Virus record (IMG/VR): IMGVR_UViG_3300032240_001991
Location: 1 to 64,000 of that record
Reading direction: 5' to 3' (one strand)
Length of the DNA: 64,000 bases
Shown here: piece after piece, positions 57,099-64,000 of the stretch
Numbering within the stretch: position 1 is the stretch's first letter
Layout of the letters: each line of letters opens with the position of its first letter
Position numbers and translations under genes: made by a program
Notes under the pieces: generated by a model
The model's input: only the letters and a program-made list of their open reading frames with translations
Told to the model about the DNA's origin: nothing
Database searches by the model: none

Positions 57099-57389
57099 TT
57101 AGCGATTACGATCCAAGCGATCTACATAGTCCATACGATGTAGATCGCAGTTGCCAAACCAAATGCTGTAACACCAAAAGAACAAGGACGCCCATAGGAC
57201 TTCAAACAAGATGTCGTTGGCTTTATCGTAATGTAAGAAGCCGGTTACTATCCATCCCAACCAGACTGTGATGGCAATCACACCCGAGGTCTTGTATAAG
57301 CGTGAGGCACGCCGATAGCGTGCAATGTCAGCTTCAGTCATTTGTTTCTTTAGGATAGCATCAATAGTTTCTTGACTTGGACGATACAT
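57099..57389 (-). CDS. Small membrane protein
   Basis: Two hydrophobic segments. Confidence 0.5.
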   Translation of the reverse strand: MYRPSQETIDAILKKQMTEADIARYRRASRLYKTSGVIAITVWLGWIVTGFLHYDKANDILFEVLWASLFFWCYSIWFGNCDLHRMDYVDRLDRNR

Positions 57390-57393
57390 AGTG

Positions 57394-57684
57394 CTACACC
57401 AATCGTATGTTCGCGGACAGGTACTTGAGAACTTTGGGATACCCGTGCTTGTCTAGCATCAAGTCCAGCATAGCATTAGCTGAAGTGTCCCGTGCTTCAT
57501 AGCCCAAGCGATCAGCATCAATGCAGCACTCTATTGCGCTGTCGTTGTCAATGCGCTCGCCTATCGTTTCGGCATCGCGCATGACATCTGGGGCTACCAT
57601 GCCCCAGACCTTCAGGATGGGCTTCTTCATGCGCTCTACAAACTCGGAATTAAGAGCGATTGCAGCAATCTTTTTTGGAGCCAT
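57394..57684 (-). CDS. Hypothetical protein
   Basis: Part of a compact leftward run of small genes. Confidence 0.55.
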   Translation of the reverse strand: MAPKKIAAIALNSEFVERMKKPILKVWGMVAPDVMRDAETIGERIDNDSAIECCIDADRLGYEARDTSANAMLDLMLDKHGYPKVLKYLSANIRLV

Positions 57685-57689
57685 CGTAG

Positions 57690-57935
57690 TTACCATCCCA
57701 TCGCTGTCAGCTTACCACGCAACTTAATCTGCGCTTCAGTCAGTTCAACTGTGTGCCACACCCCATTGGCATCCTGCGCACGAGCTATATCGTGTGCATA
57801 AACGCTGCCAATTTCCTTAAAGAAGCCCTCAACTTCAACTAAGCGGAGGTTGCCCTTCTTGCTATCGTACATAGTCCCATACCAGCCGTTCCGCTGCTGG
57901 ACTCGTTGCCCTTTCTTAATGTCGTTGGTCTTCAT
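57690..57935 (-). CDS. Hypothetical protein (SH3-like beta pattern)
   Basis: IKKGQRV...G.M.D...GSVYAHDI. Confidence 0.6.
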   Translation of the reverse strand: MKTNDIKKGQRVQQRNGWYGTMYDSKKGNLRLVEVEGFFKEIGSVYAHDIARAQDANGVWHTVELTEAQIKLRGKLTAMGW

Positions 57936-57942
57936 AACAGTA

Positions 57943-58164
57943 TTACTCCGTGTCTGCTGTTACAATATTAGTGTGCTGCTTTGCGTAGGTTTCGTCAAGA
58001 ACAGTATAGCCTTTGCCGCGGAATTCTTTAGCGAAAGCGGCAACCAGTAGCCAGTTATCAACACTAAGAGCCATCTTCCAGATCTTGTGATGTCCCCAAG
58101 TGACATCAATGGTCTTCTGCGTGTTGCTGATGCGATAAACATTCTTGTTCATGTACTGCATCAT
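57943..58164 (-). CDS. Hypothetical protein
   Basis: Part of the leftward small-gene run. Confidence 0.5.
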   Translation of the reverse strand: MMQYMNKNVYRISNTQKTIDVTWGHHKIWKMALSVDNWLLVAAFAKEFRGKGYTVLDETYAKQHTNIVTADTE

Positions 58165-58301
58165 CCTAATGGCACTGCTACGTTGCAGTAAGCTCATAGT
58201 AACATAATATATAACTTCTGCAACCTTTTTAAAACTGTTTACACTTGGATCTTGGGGTAGGACCCCATGTTTCTACGAATCAAAAAAATTTTTTTTACTG
58301 G

Positions 58302-58330
58302 TTGACAAGTTTTGCTGCGAGTCGTATGTT
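58302..58330 (+). promoter_or_regulatory. sigma70-like promoter (rightward, no clear gene)
   Basis: GGTTGACA-17-TATGTT. Confidence 0.55.
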
Positions 58331-58500
58331 CAATAGATGATTAAACATAATTCGCTGCAACGCAACATAACGTGTAGCGCAACAACAGATCATATGGAGG
58401 AGTGGGGTACGCACCCCACAGAGGACTCACAAAGACATCGCTGAAACAGGGGGGACAATCCACGACTTTTTGATTGAGACGGCCTAGTCTAGCCACGGCC

Positions 58501-58537
58501 AAAAAAACACCCTCGGAGAGGTCTCTCAACGAGGGTG
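58501..58537 (-). terminator. Intrinsic terminator for leftward genes
   Basis: CACCCTCG...CGAGGGTG stem followed by T7 on the minus strand. Confidence 0.65.
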
Positions 58538-58580
58538 AGGGGCCACGTTCGCCCCAAATCAAATTTTCTGAACTGCTAGA

Positions 58581-58790
58581 CTAGATCCAGTAGTCTTCGG
58601 AGTAGTAGTGATCCTGCTCCAACAGGATACGATCGTACTCTGCGCCGCCCGCCGCAACAAAACGCTCCCAGTCGTCCTGTTCCTGTGCTGCGATCGCATC
58701 GTCTGCAAAGCCCTGCTCGTCCAGCCACTGCTGGTACTCGGCATCAAACTCTGCCGCTTCGTCCTGCGCCATTGCCCAAAGCTCGTCCAT
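58581..58790 (-). CDS. Small highly acidic protein
   Basis: AAGGAG SD, start MDELWAM; own promoter. Confidence 0.6.
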   Translation of the reverse strand: MDELWAMAQDEAAEFDAEYQQWLDEQGFADDAIAAQEQDDWERFVAAGGAEYDRILLEQDHYYSEDYWI

Positions 58791-58829
58791 TGCCAGCTCC
58801 TTGTCTGCTGTTGCTACTAACGTGCGTGT

Positions 58830-58858
58830 ACTATAGCAGGCAGTGCACCCGCTGTCAA
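58830..58858 (-). promoter_or_regulatory. sigma70-like early promoter whose -35 box supplies the upstream gene's TGA stop
   Basis: GGTTGACA-17-TATAGT. Confidence 0.7.
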
Positions 58859-59067
58859 CCAGTTTTACTGCGGATGTCTGCCAAGGCAAGGTCATAGGCG
58901 CGGTCCACACGCTCTTCGTAGAACAGCTTGGCAAAAGGCCGATCATAATAGCGATTGCAAAGATACTGACCAAAGCGAAGACCTTGGGAATCTCTCCCCA
59001 TGCCACACTTGTTGATCCACTTAAGGTATTCACTTGATAGCAGTTCCGTTGTTAGATCTTGTAGCAT
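58855..59067 (-). CDS. Small hypothetical protein
   Basis: LRFGQYLCN...LFY pattern. Confidence 0.55.
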   Translation of the reverse strand: MLQDLTTELLSSEYLKWINKCGMGRDSQGLRFGQYLCNRYYDRPFAKLFYEERVDRAYDLALADIRSKTG

Positions 59068-59111
59068 AATCTTTAGCTTAGTCTTCTGTGGCGCAGCGGG
59101 GTATTTACAGC

Positions 59112-59699
59112 CTACCGAAACCTAGGCCCCGCAATCCAAACTACCAAGGTCCGCCTAACTCCGCGAGTCACAGGAGTAACACGATGTGCTACCCAACTTG
59201 GGAACACGTAGGCCATGCCTCGTGCCTTACGAGCAACTATGGGAGGATCCTGTATACCAAACTCCAAGTCCCCACCATCGTAGTCTGCAGGGTCTGACAA
59301 CTGTATCACTACGCTTAACTTTCTAGGCGACGCAGTAAGTATACCGCGATCAGTATGCCACGAGTAATGGGAACCTTCTTCGTCATAGACCGTATACTGA
59401 AAGTCCTCTACAAAGCCAAATAGATCAAACTGAAAGTATTGTCCGTTAGCGGTAGCAGCCACGTTCCTAATAGTGTTGTAAATGAAGTCAGTTTCATCGT
59501 TATGCGGAAGCCAAGCAACCTTGCTCTTCCTACGAGGATCACTGGGGCCGTCTGTAGTGTGTGCAGTTATCAGCGTCTGTGCTTGACCAATCTCAACAAT
59601 GCGATCCAGCTCTTGCTCTGTAAAGGTCTGCTCGCAGCAGGCGTATTCTAACTCACCTCCTGCGAGACTGGGCGAGGGTGGGAACAGGTATACTGACAT
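59112..59699 (-). CDS. PKHD-type 2OG-Fe(II) oxygenase
   Basis: YSWHTD, RKLSVVIQL, YDGGDLEF, FPSWVAHRVTPVTRGVRRTLVVW. Confidence 0.88.
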   Translation of the reverse strand: MSVYLFPPSPSLAGGELEYACCEQTFTEQELDRIVEIGQAQTLITAHTTDGPSDPRRKSKVAWLPHNDETDFIYNTIRNVAATANGQYFQFDLFGFVEDFQYTVYDEEGSHYSWHTDRGILTASPRKLSVVIQLSDPADYDGGDLEFGIQDPPIVARKARGMAYVFPSWVAHRVTPVTRGVRRTLVVWIAGPRFR

Positions 59700-59700
59700 A

Positions 59701-59979
59701 TTAGGTATTATGCAGTCCCTGAAGGACTTTGTCAATCCACTCCCCGTGACCCTTGTGAGCATCTTCTGCTGTGTAGTAACGCTCTACCACACGGCTATCC
59801 CCGTCATCAAAGAACAAGCAGGTCTCCCAAGTGGGCTTTTTGATAAGACCGCCCGGAGTGACCATTAGGCGTACAGTACTGATATCAACATCATGTACAG
59901 TATCATGCCCAACGAGCACAGTGGGATCATTGTGGTGCTCAGCGATACACTTGGCCAAAACATCTAGATCGATTGGCAT
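59701..59979 (-). CDS. Hypothetical protein
   Basis: WETCLF...RY.T.EDA.KGH pattern. Confidence 0.55.
   Translation of the reverse strand: MPIDLDVLAKCIAEHHNDPTVLVGHDTVHDVDISTVRLMVTPGGLIKKPTWETCLFFDDGDSRVVERYYTAEDAHKGHGEWIDKVLQGLHNT
59707..59735 (-). promoter_or_regulatory. sigma70-like promoter with an inverted repeat in the spacer
   Basis: TTGACA-17-CATAAT; spacer contains AGTCC-n5-GGACT. Confidence 0.6.
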
Positions 59980-60031
59980 TGCCAGCTCCCAAAAAATACG
60001 GTTGACCTATACACCGTAAGGTATTAGTGGA

Positions 60032-60232
60032 CTAGCAGTCGGGATCGTAGTCGTGCCACTCCAAGGACTCGTCCACGCTGTCGTAGCGGTCGTCGTAGCG
60101 GTCGTCCTCGTCCTCGTCCTCGTCCTCGTCGTCGCGGAAGGTGCGCTCGTCCAGCTCCTTGTCCTCAGGCAGGTCAAAGTCGCCAGTGTTGTCGTCATCC
60201 AGGACGTCGTCAAAGCTCTTGTAACGCGGCAT
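60032..60232 (-). CDS. Small highly acidic protein
   Basis: D/E-rich; AGGAG SD; promoter TTGACA-16-TAAAAT at 60267-60294. Confidence 0.55.
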   Translation of the reverse strand: MPRYKSFDDVLDDDNTGDFDLPEDKELDERTFRDDEDEDEDEDDRYDDRYDSVDESLEWHDYDPDC

Positions 60233-60486
60233 TGCATTTCTCCTATGTGCTGTGCCTACAGTTCCAATTTTACGTCTTTGCTAACGGTTGTCAACCATTT
60301 TTTGAAAAGATTTTTAGTGTGTTTGGAGCCAAGCAATCATAGCGTTGATCAACGCAAAGATGTGCATGATACCCCACCCAACAAAGATAGCTAGAGCCAC
60401 TGTGCAGACTGCCCAGCCTGCCACAGCCCATTTAAACAAGTTATTAATATTTGGAGTCTTCTGCATGACAACTTCCTCAAAAAAAG

Positions 60487-60562
60487 TGGTGGGTCCTGAG
60501 GGGTTCGAACCCTCGACAAACGGATTAAAAGTCCGCTGCTCTACCGACTGAGCTAAGGACCC
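60487..60562 (-). tRNA. trnK: tRNA-Lys (anticodon TTT) with encoded CCA
   Basis: GGGTCCTTAGCTCAGTCGGTAGAGCAGCGGACTTTTAATCCGTTTGTCGAGGGTTCGAACCCCTCAGGACCCACCA folds as a 76-nt cloverleaf. Confidence 0.95.
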
Positions 60563-60569
60563 AAAAATC

Positions 60570-60740
60570 TTATTCGTTGGTGTCCCAATTCAGCCCATAC
60601 TTGGGCTTACGTTTGTAGTCGTGCTTGCGGTCACGATGCGTGTCCGCACGGTTGAAAGTGTTAAGATTACGGGCCACGGGATTGCGACGGCTAATCACGT
60701 CAGCCTTGAGAAGAAACATTGGTGCGTTTGAATTCTTCAT
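60570..60740 (-). CDS. Small basic hypothetical protein
   Basis: 56 aa read manually (RNPVARNL..FN....HRDRK.DYKRK); promoter upstream. Confidence 0.55.
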   Translation of the reverse strand: MKNSNAPMFLLKADVISRRNPVARNLNTFNRADTHRDRKHDYKRKPKYGLNWDTNE

Positions 60741-60769
60741 ATCAATCACTCAGTTACTGTATGTGTAGT

Positions 60770-60866
60770 AATGTAGCAGGTTATTTACCACTTGTCAACC
60801 TTTATTTCGATAACTCTGTACTATCTGCACTAGGATTACTATAGCAATACCCCACGCAAAAGTCAA
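60770..60866 (-). promoter_or_regulatory. Two tandem sigma70-like promoters
   Basis: TTGACT-17-TATAGT (60838-66) and GGTTGACA-17-TACATT (60770-98). Confidence 0.65.
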
Positions 60867-60893
60867 GCCAAGGCCCTGAACTGTCATGGGGCA

Positions 60894-61154
60894 CTACCGT
60901 TTAGGTCGCGGAACGACGCGTTTGAGCATACGCTGTAGCATGGCGTTGAGACTCCTAAGATCTTCCTTATCCCGTTCTGATCGTTCTAGCCTAGCTTCTA
61001 GAGCTTCAATCTTGATCTTGAGACGGCGCATATCAAGCTCTAGCTCTTGATTTTTCTTGCGTACGGCAGTAGCATCCGCCCGATGTAGATCTCGATGCCG
61101 CATGGCTGCGGATAGCAGCTCATTGAGGTGTCCAAATGTCAGCCCCTCGCTCAT
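60894..61154 (-). CDS. Coiled-coil hypothetical protein
   Basis: Heptad pattern; coupled to the upstream gene. Confidence 0.55.
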   Translation of the reverse strand: MSEGLTFGHLNELLSAAMRHRDLHRADATAVRKKNQELELDMRRLKIKIEALEARLERSERDKEDLRSLNAMLQRMLKRVVPRPKR

Positions 61155-61360
61155 CGGGAGACCTTGATCTGTAGCAGCCCCTTAACGATCACGATCGCAC
61201 ACCAAGTCTCCAGTGTGTAGGGTATTAGCAGTAGGCTACCAAACAGGGTGTTCCACGCCCATATGGCCAGCAGGGGACCAAAGATAATGCTTAGGATCCC
61301 CAGCAGCAGCATTGCTGTGGCTGTGGCTTCTGTATCAGTAGTGGTGTCGCGATCCGACAT
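61151..61360 (-). CDS. Small membrane protein
   Basis: Hydrophobic helices; P.L..WAWNTLF pattern. Confidence 0.6.
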   Translation of the reverse strand: MSDRDTTTDTEATATAMLLLGILSIIFGPLLAIWAWNTLFGSLLLIPYTLETWCAIVIVKGLLQIKVSR

Positions 61361-61559
61361 AATTGAAGTCCTCTAGTATTAGATCACTATCTTCTTCGTC
61401 CTCAATCTCCTGATCAAGGTCAAAGAACTCGTTAGTGTGACAGAGGTCTTTGACTTCGCTTTCGCTCATGTACTTGACACAGGCCGTAATCACAGTGTCC
61501 TTGTCCAGGACGCCCTCTTCAATCAGCTCTAGCAAGCGATTAGTGTATTCACGAACCAT
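61335..61559 (-). CDS. Small hypothetical protein
   Basis: REYTNRLLEL.EEG.LD.D.VI.AC.KYMSE.EV; AAGGAG SD. Confidence 0.6.
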   Translation of the reverse strand: MVREYTNRLLELIEEGVLDKDTVITACVKYMSESEVKDLCHTNEFFDLDQEIEDEEDSDLILEDFNYVGSRHHY

Positions 61560-61586
61560 CAGCTGCTCCTTACTAACTATGCGGGT

Positions 61587-61615
61587 ACTATACAGCCATT
61601 TGCGGCCAATGTCAA
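61587..61615 (-). promoter_or_regulatory. sigma70-like early promoter overlapping the upstream stop codon
   Basis: GGTTGACA-17-TATAGT. Confidence 0.7.
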
Positions 61616-61821
61616 CCAAACTCTCGTTCAGCGTAGTACTCTAGGATCTGCCGCTGAATGTTAGGGATCAGTTCCCCGTCCTCCTTGACTTCAAAGCGTA
61701 CAGGGCAATGACCCCACGCAGAGGTCCTCATGAAGTCCGTGAACCACCGGCGGTGGTCCGTGTTCTGGGCATCAAAGATCACAAGCGGACGTTTGACAAA
61801 GGCCAGTTTAGAACGTAGCAT
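61612..61821 (-). CDS. Small hypothetical protein (paralog of 51982..52215)
   Basis: Shared RP..FD..N..HRR.F..FMRT..W..PVRF motif; start placed at MLRSKL. Confidence 0.65.
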   Translation of the reverse strand: MLRSKLAFVKRPLVIFDAQNTDHRRWFTDFMRTSAWGHCPVRFEVKEDGELIPNIQRQILEYYAEREFG

Positions 61822-61858
61822 TAGGGTATCCTCTGCAGCGGGGTATTCTAGGGAGTTG

Positions 61859-62140
61859 TTAGGCAAACTCAGCAGCGGCAGTCTTGGTAGTAGCAGCGGT
61901 GCCGCGCTTGATCTGCTCTTCTTCTAGAGCCCGTCGTACCTGCTGATTGCCGTTATCAAAGCTGTTGGCCAGCAAATAGTCTACAGCTTCAGCTTTGGTC
62001 ATGGGATGGATCAAGGGCAGGATATCAATGTTGGTATGCCCGTTGGCCGCTAGTACCTTGATACGAGTAATATCGTTAGCAAACCGAACTCGAATCTTAC
62101 CGTTAAGGGTGCTGACACCCGCGTGTGTATAAGTCGTCAT
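61859..62140 (-). CDS. Hypothetical protein
   Basis: GAGG SD; promoter TTGACT-17-TAATAT at 62185-62213; leader palindrome GTTAGGAC-T-GTCCTAAC (62161-77). Confidence 0.65.
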   Translation of the reverse strand: MTTYTHAGVSTLNGKIRVRFANDITRIKVLAANGHTNIDILPLIHPMTKAEAVDYLLANSFDNGNQQVRRALEEEQIKRGTAATTKTAAAEFA

Positions 62141-62193
62141 ATGTAGCCTCTCTGTGTTGTGTTAGGACTGTCCTAACAGTTAATATATTACTA

Positions 62194-62412
62194 TCATGCT
62201 AGATCAAAGTCAACCACTAGTATCAACTCAGCTTCCCAAAGTCTAAGAGCAAAGGTGCTAGAGCCCACTCTAACGGCGAGGGGTCCGCCCCTCGCAGCGC
62301 GAGCCAGTACTACCACACGCTCGCCCGCAACAAACCCCAAGTCAGCCCAACGACCACTAGGAGCAGAAGTAATTCTATAGGCACATCCCTGCACCGCTTC
62401 CGCTAAGGTCAT
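62194..62412 (-). CDS. feoA: FeoA-domain protein
   Basis: MTLAE...RI.....RWADLGFVAGERV.V...A..GGPLAVRVGSSTFALR..EA..I.V. Confidence 0.75.
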   Translation of the reverse strand: MTLAEAVQGCAYRITSAPSGRWADLGFVAGERVVVLARAARGGPLAVRVGSSTFALRLWEAELILVVDFDLA

Positions 62413-63572
62413 GCGACTCGTAACAGTACTGTGTGCTCGTTAGTACGCGGTTTCATAGTGTGCTCCACGCCCTTGATCGCGTCAAACCACTTACGCAGTT
62501 GATTCTTGCCCAGCTTCATAAACTCTGCCAGCTGAGTTTCGGGCTTACGCAGAGTCTTCTGTATGCAGCCTTTATTAGCAATGCCCACAAGACTGGTGCC
62601 TTTAGCCATAATGCTCTTGTCAAATTCCCCACGATATACGCCCAGCTTGCGCCGCCGTACATCATAAACCCACACTTCTGAAGCACCCAAGACTTCTATG
62701 GGCTTGATGCTGGTGATCTTGAGTTCCTTATGCTCCCCAAGATACTTGAGCTTGCGTACCAACTTAGCACGATCTACGGGTTTGGCCTTGCGTACACGAG
62801 CCACTTTCTTTTCAATAGCCAAACGACCCGCACTGGCTTCACAGTCATCTAGAAACGCTATAGCAGCCTTAAGACTCTTGGCACTGACGAATCTGTAGCC
62901 CTCTAAGAGCTGCTGTGTGCTGTTATCATGATCTCGGCTGGTACGAGCCTCCGCTAGTTCGCGAAGTTCCGCTGTAGACCCTGCTAGTGCTGCTGCCAGC
63001 TTCTTAAAGTGTATGGCACTAAAGCGAGCAAATCCTGTGATGTTAGCAGTCTTGCCTTCACGTACAACACCCCGTAGAATGCTGCCCACAATCTCTTCTA
63101 TTTCTATTACTGCTTGATTGACCTGCAGATCCATGCGTTCCTGCACCCCAATGCGCTCTGCAGGCTGCTGCTGTACAGCAGGAGTGTCTTCCGCTACTTC
63201 TACACGGCGTGCTGCAGACTCTGCTATACTAGACCATATGCGAGCCTGCTCAGAGTCTGTAATAGCAAAGCCTTTGACCTGCAGGCGTGCTAGATAGCTC
63301 ATGCTGGTGCTAAGATGTCGATCGCTAGCGCGTGCTAGGATCTTGAGATCTTGACCAGCAGATTCCCCACGATACAGCGTGATCCAGTCTTCAAAGAACC
63401 GTCGCGAGTCCTTGCTGTCACAGGCATAGTTATACCAGTTGAGTGCTCGTATCAAGAGCCCCATGCGTGTGGACTCTGTAACAGCAACACCTTCCCACTG
63501 AGGTTCATAGCCTCGCGTGTGTATAGTATCTGCTGATACCTTAAGATCGTAAGGTTTGAATGCTCGTGCCAT
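62409..63572 (-). CDS. Hypothetical protein (early)
   Basis: 387 aa; promoter TTGACT-18-TAAAAT at 63636-63665. Confidence 0.7.
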   Translation of the reverse strand: MARAFKPYDLKVSADTIHTRGYEPQWEGVAVTESTRMGLLIRALNWYNYACDSKDSRRFFEDWITLYRGESAGQDLKILARASDRHLSTSMSYLARLQVKGFAITDSEQARIWSSIAESAARRVEVAEDTPAVQQQPAERIGVQERMDLQVNQAVIEIEEIVGSILRGVVREGKTANITGFARFSAIHFKKLAAALAGSTAELRELAEARTSRDHDNSTQQLLEGYRFVSAKSLKAAIAFLDDCEASAGRLAIEKKVARVRKAKPVDRAKLVRKLKYLGEHKELKITSIKPIEVLGASEVWVYDVRRRKLGVYRGEFDKSIMAKGTSLVGIANKGCIQKTLRKPETQLAEFMKLGKNQLRKWFDAIKGVEHTMKPRTNEHTVLLRVA

Positions 63573-63769
63573 AGTTAGTATACCTTGTTTAAAAACAGTC
63601 TAAAAAGACACCAAAAACTGTCTCTTTAGGCGGTTATTTTACCACTATTTAGACCAAAAAGTCAAGAAACTGAGCAAATTTTGGTAAAAAATAATTTGGT
63701 TGACAGTGGGGAAGAGAGGCATAGTTAAAATGGTGCCAACCAGTTTCCCCTCAAACCTCACCTCAAACC

Positions 63770-63952
63770 TCACCCCAAATCCGTTTTATAGCGAATGTGT
63801 ACAGCAAAGTCATAGGCTGCTTCAGGATCCAAACCTTTGGCTACAGCCCATCCCAGAGTCAAACTAAACCAATCTTGTTCGCTGTCTGGGTCAATTGCTA
63901 GTGCTCTATCGGAGCATTCGGTTTTGAACAGTTCGATCAATTGTTCGTTCAT
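63770..63952 (-). CDS. Small hypothetical protein
   Basis: GAGG SD + ATG; 60 aa. Confidence 0.5.
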   Translation of the reverse strand: MNEQLIELFKTECSDRALAIDPDSEQDWFSLTLGWAVAKGLDPEAAYDFAVHIRYKTDLG

Positions 63953-64000
63953 TGGTTGCCCTCGGCCATGTCGTTAATAGCGGCCGCTGTTTGGATTCCC

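Noticed and set aside
1-64000. Stop-codon reassignment (TAG or TGA recoding), as in some large phages
   Set aside because: Core genes are full-length in the standard code, and TAG (e.g. terminase 23594-96) and TGA both end genes at sensible positions
51720-64000. CRISPR mini-array, diversity-generating retroelement or integrase/att site in the accessory region
   Set aside because: No regularly spaced repeats, no reverse transcriptase or template/variable repeat pair, and no recombinase seen
51720-64000. GC-rich block as host DNA or a chimeric join
   Set aside because: It has only small phage-like ORFs with dense promoters and a lone tRNA, without host housekeeping operons; read-level confirmation of the junction would still be useful

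Overview
Window from a large T4-like (gp13/14/15/17/18/19/32/41/61, UvsX/Y/W) tailed dsDNA phage genome in the standard genetic code; no host chromosome is evident. About 1-51.7 kb is AT-rich and densely coding, with T4-type late promoters (TAAATA). It holds the 3' end of a collagen-like tail fibre, a modification cluster (GT25, GNAT, NDP-forming acyl-CoA ligase, methyltransferase, sulfotransferase, two PLOD-like 2OG-Fe(II) oxygenases), neck/tail/terminase genes, and the recombination and replication module with a ~200-aa mini-DnaE. It also holds a tandem-AAA/metallopeptidase/vWA operon, a block of putative head-packaged proteins and a second methyltransferase/glycosyltransferase cluster. About 51.7-64 kb is visibly more GC-rich and carries many small genes, often each with its own near-consensus sigma70 promoter, plus csrA, feoA, a PKHD-type oxygenase and tRNA-Lys(UUU). 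Most unusual observations: a ~500-nt stretch almost free of GA/TC dinucleotides; four consecutive AAA/peptidase/vWA-operon ORFs in one reading frame separated by single TAA codons; an A9 slippage site joining two ORFs; T4 capsid-targeting-like N-termini on many accessory proteins; and a 10-mer (AGCGGGGTAT) repeated five times between early genes. All assignments come from manual motif recognition; no database searches were run.
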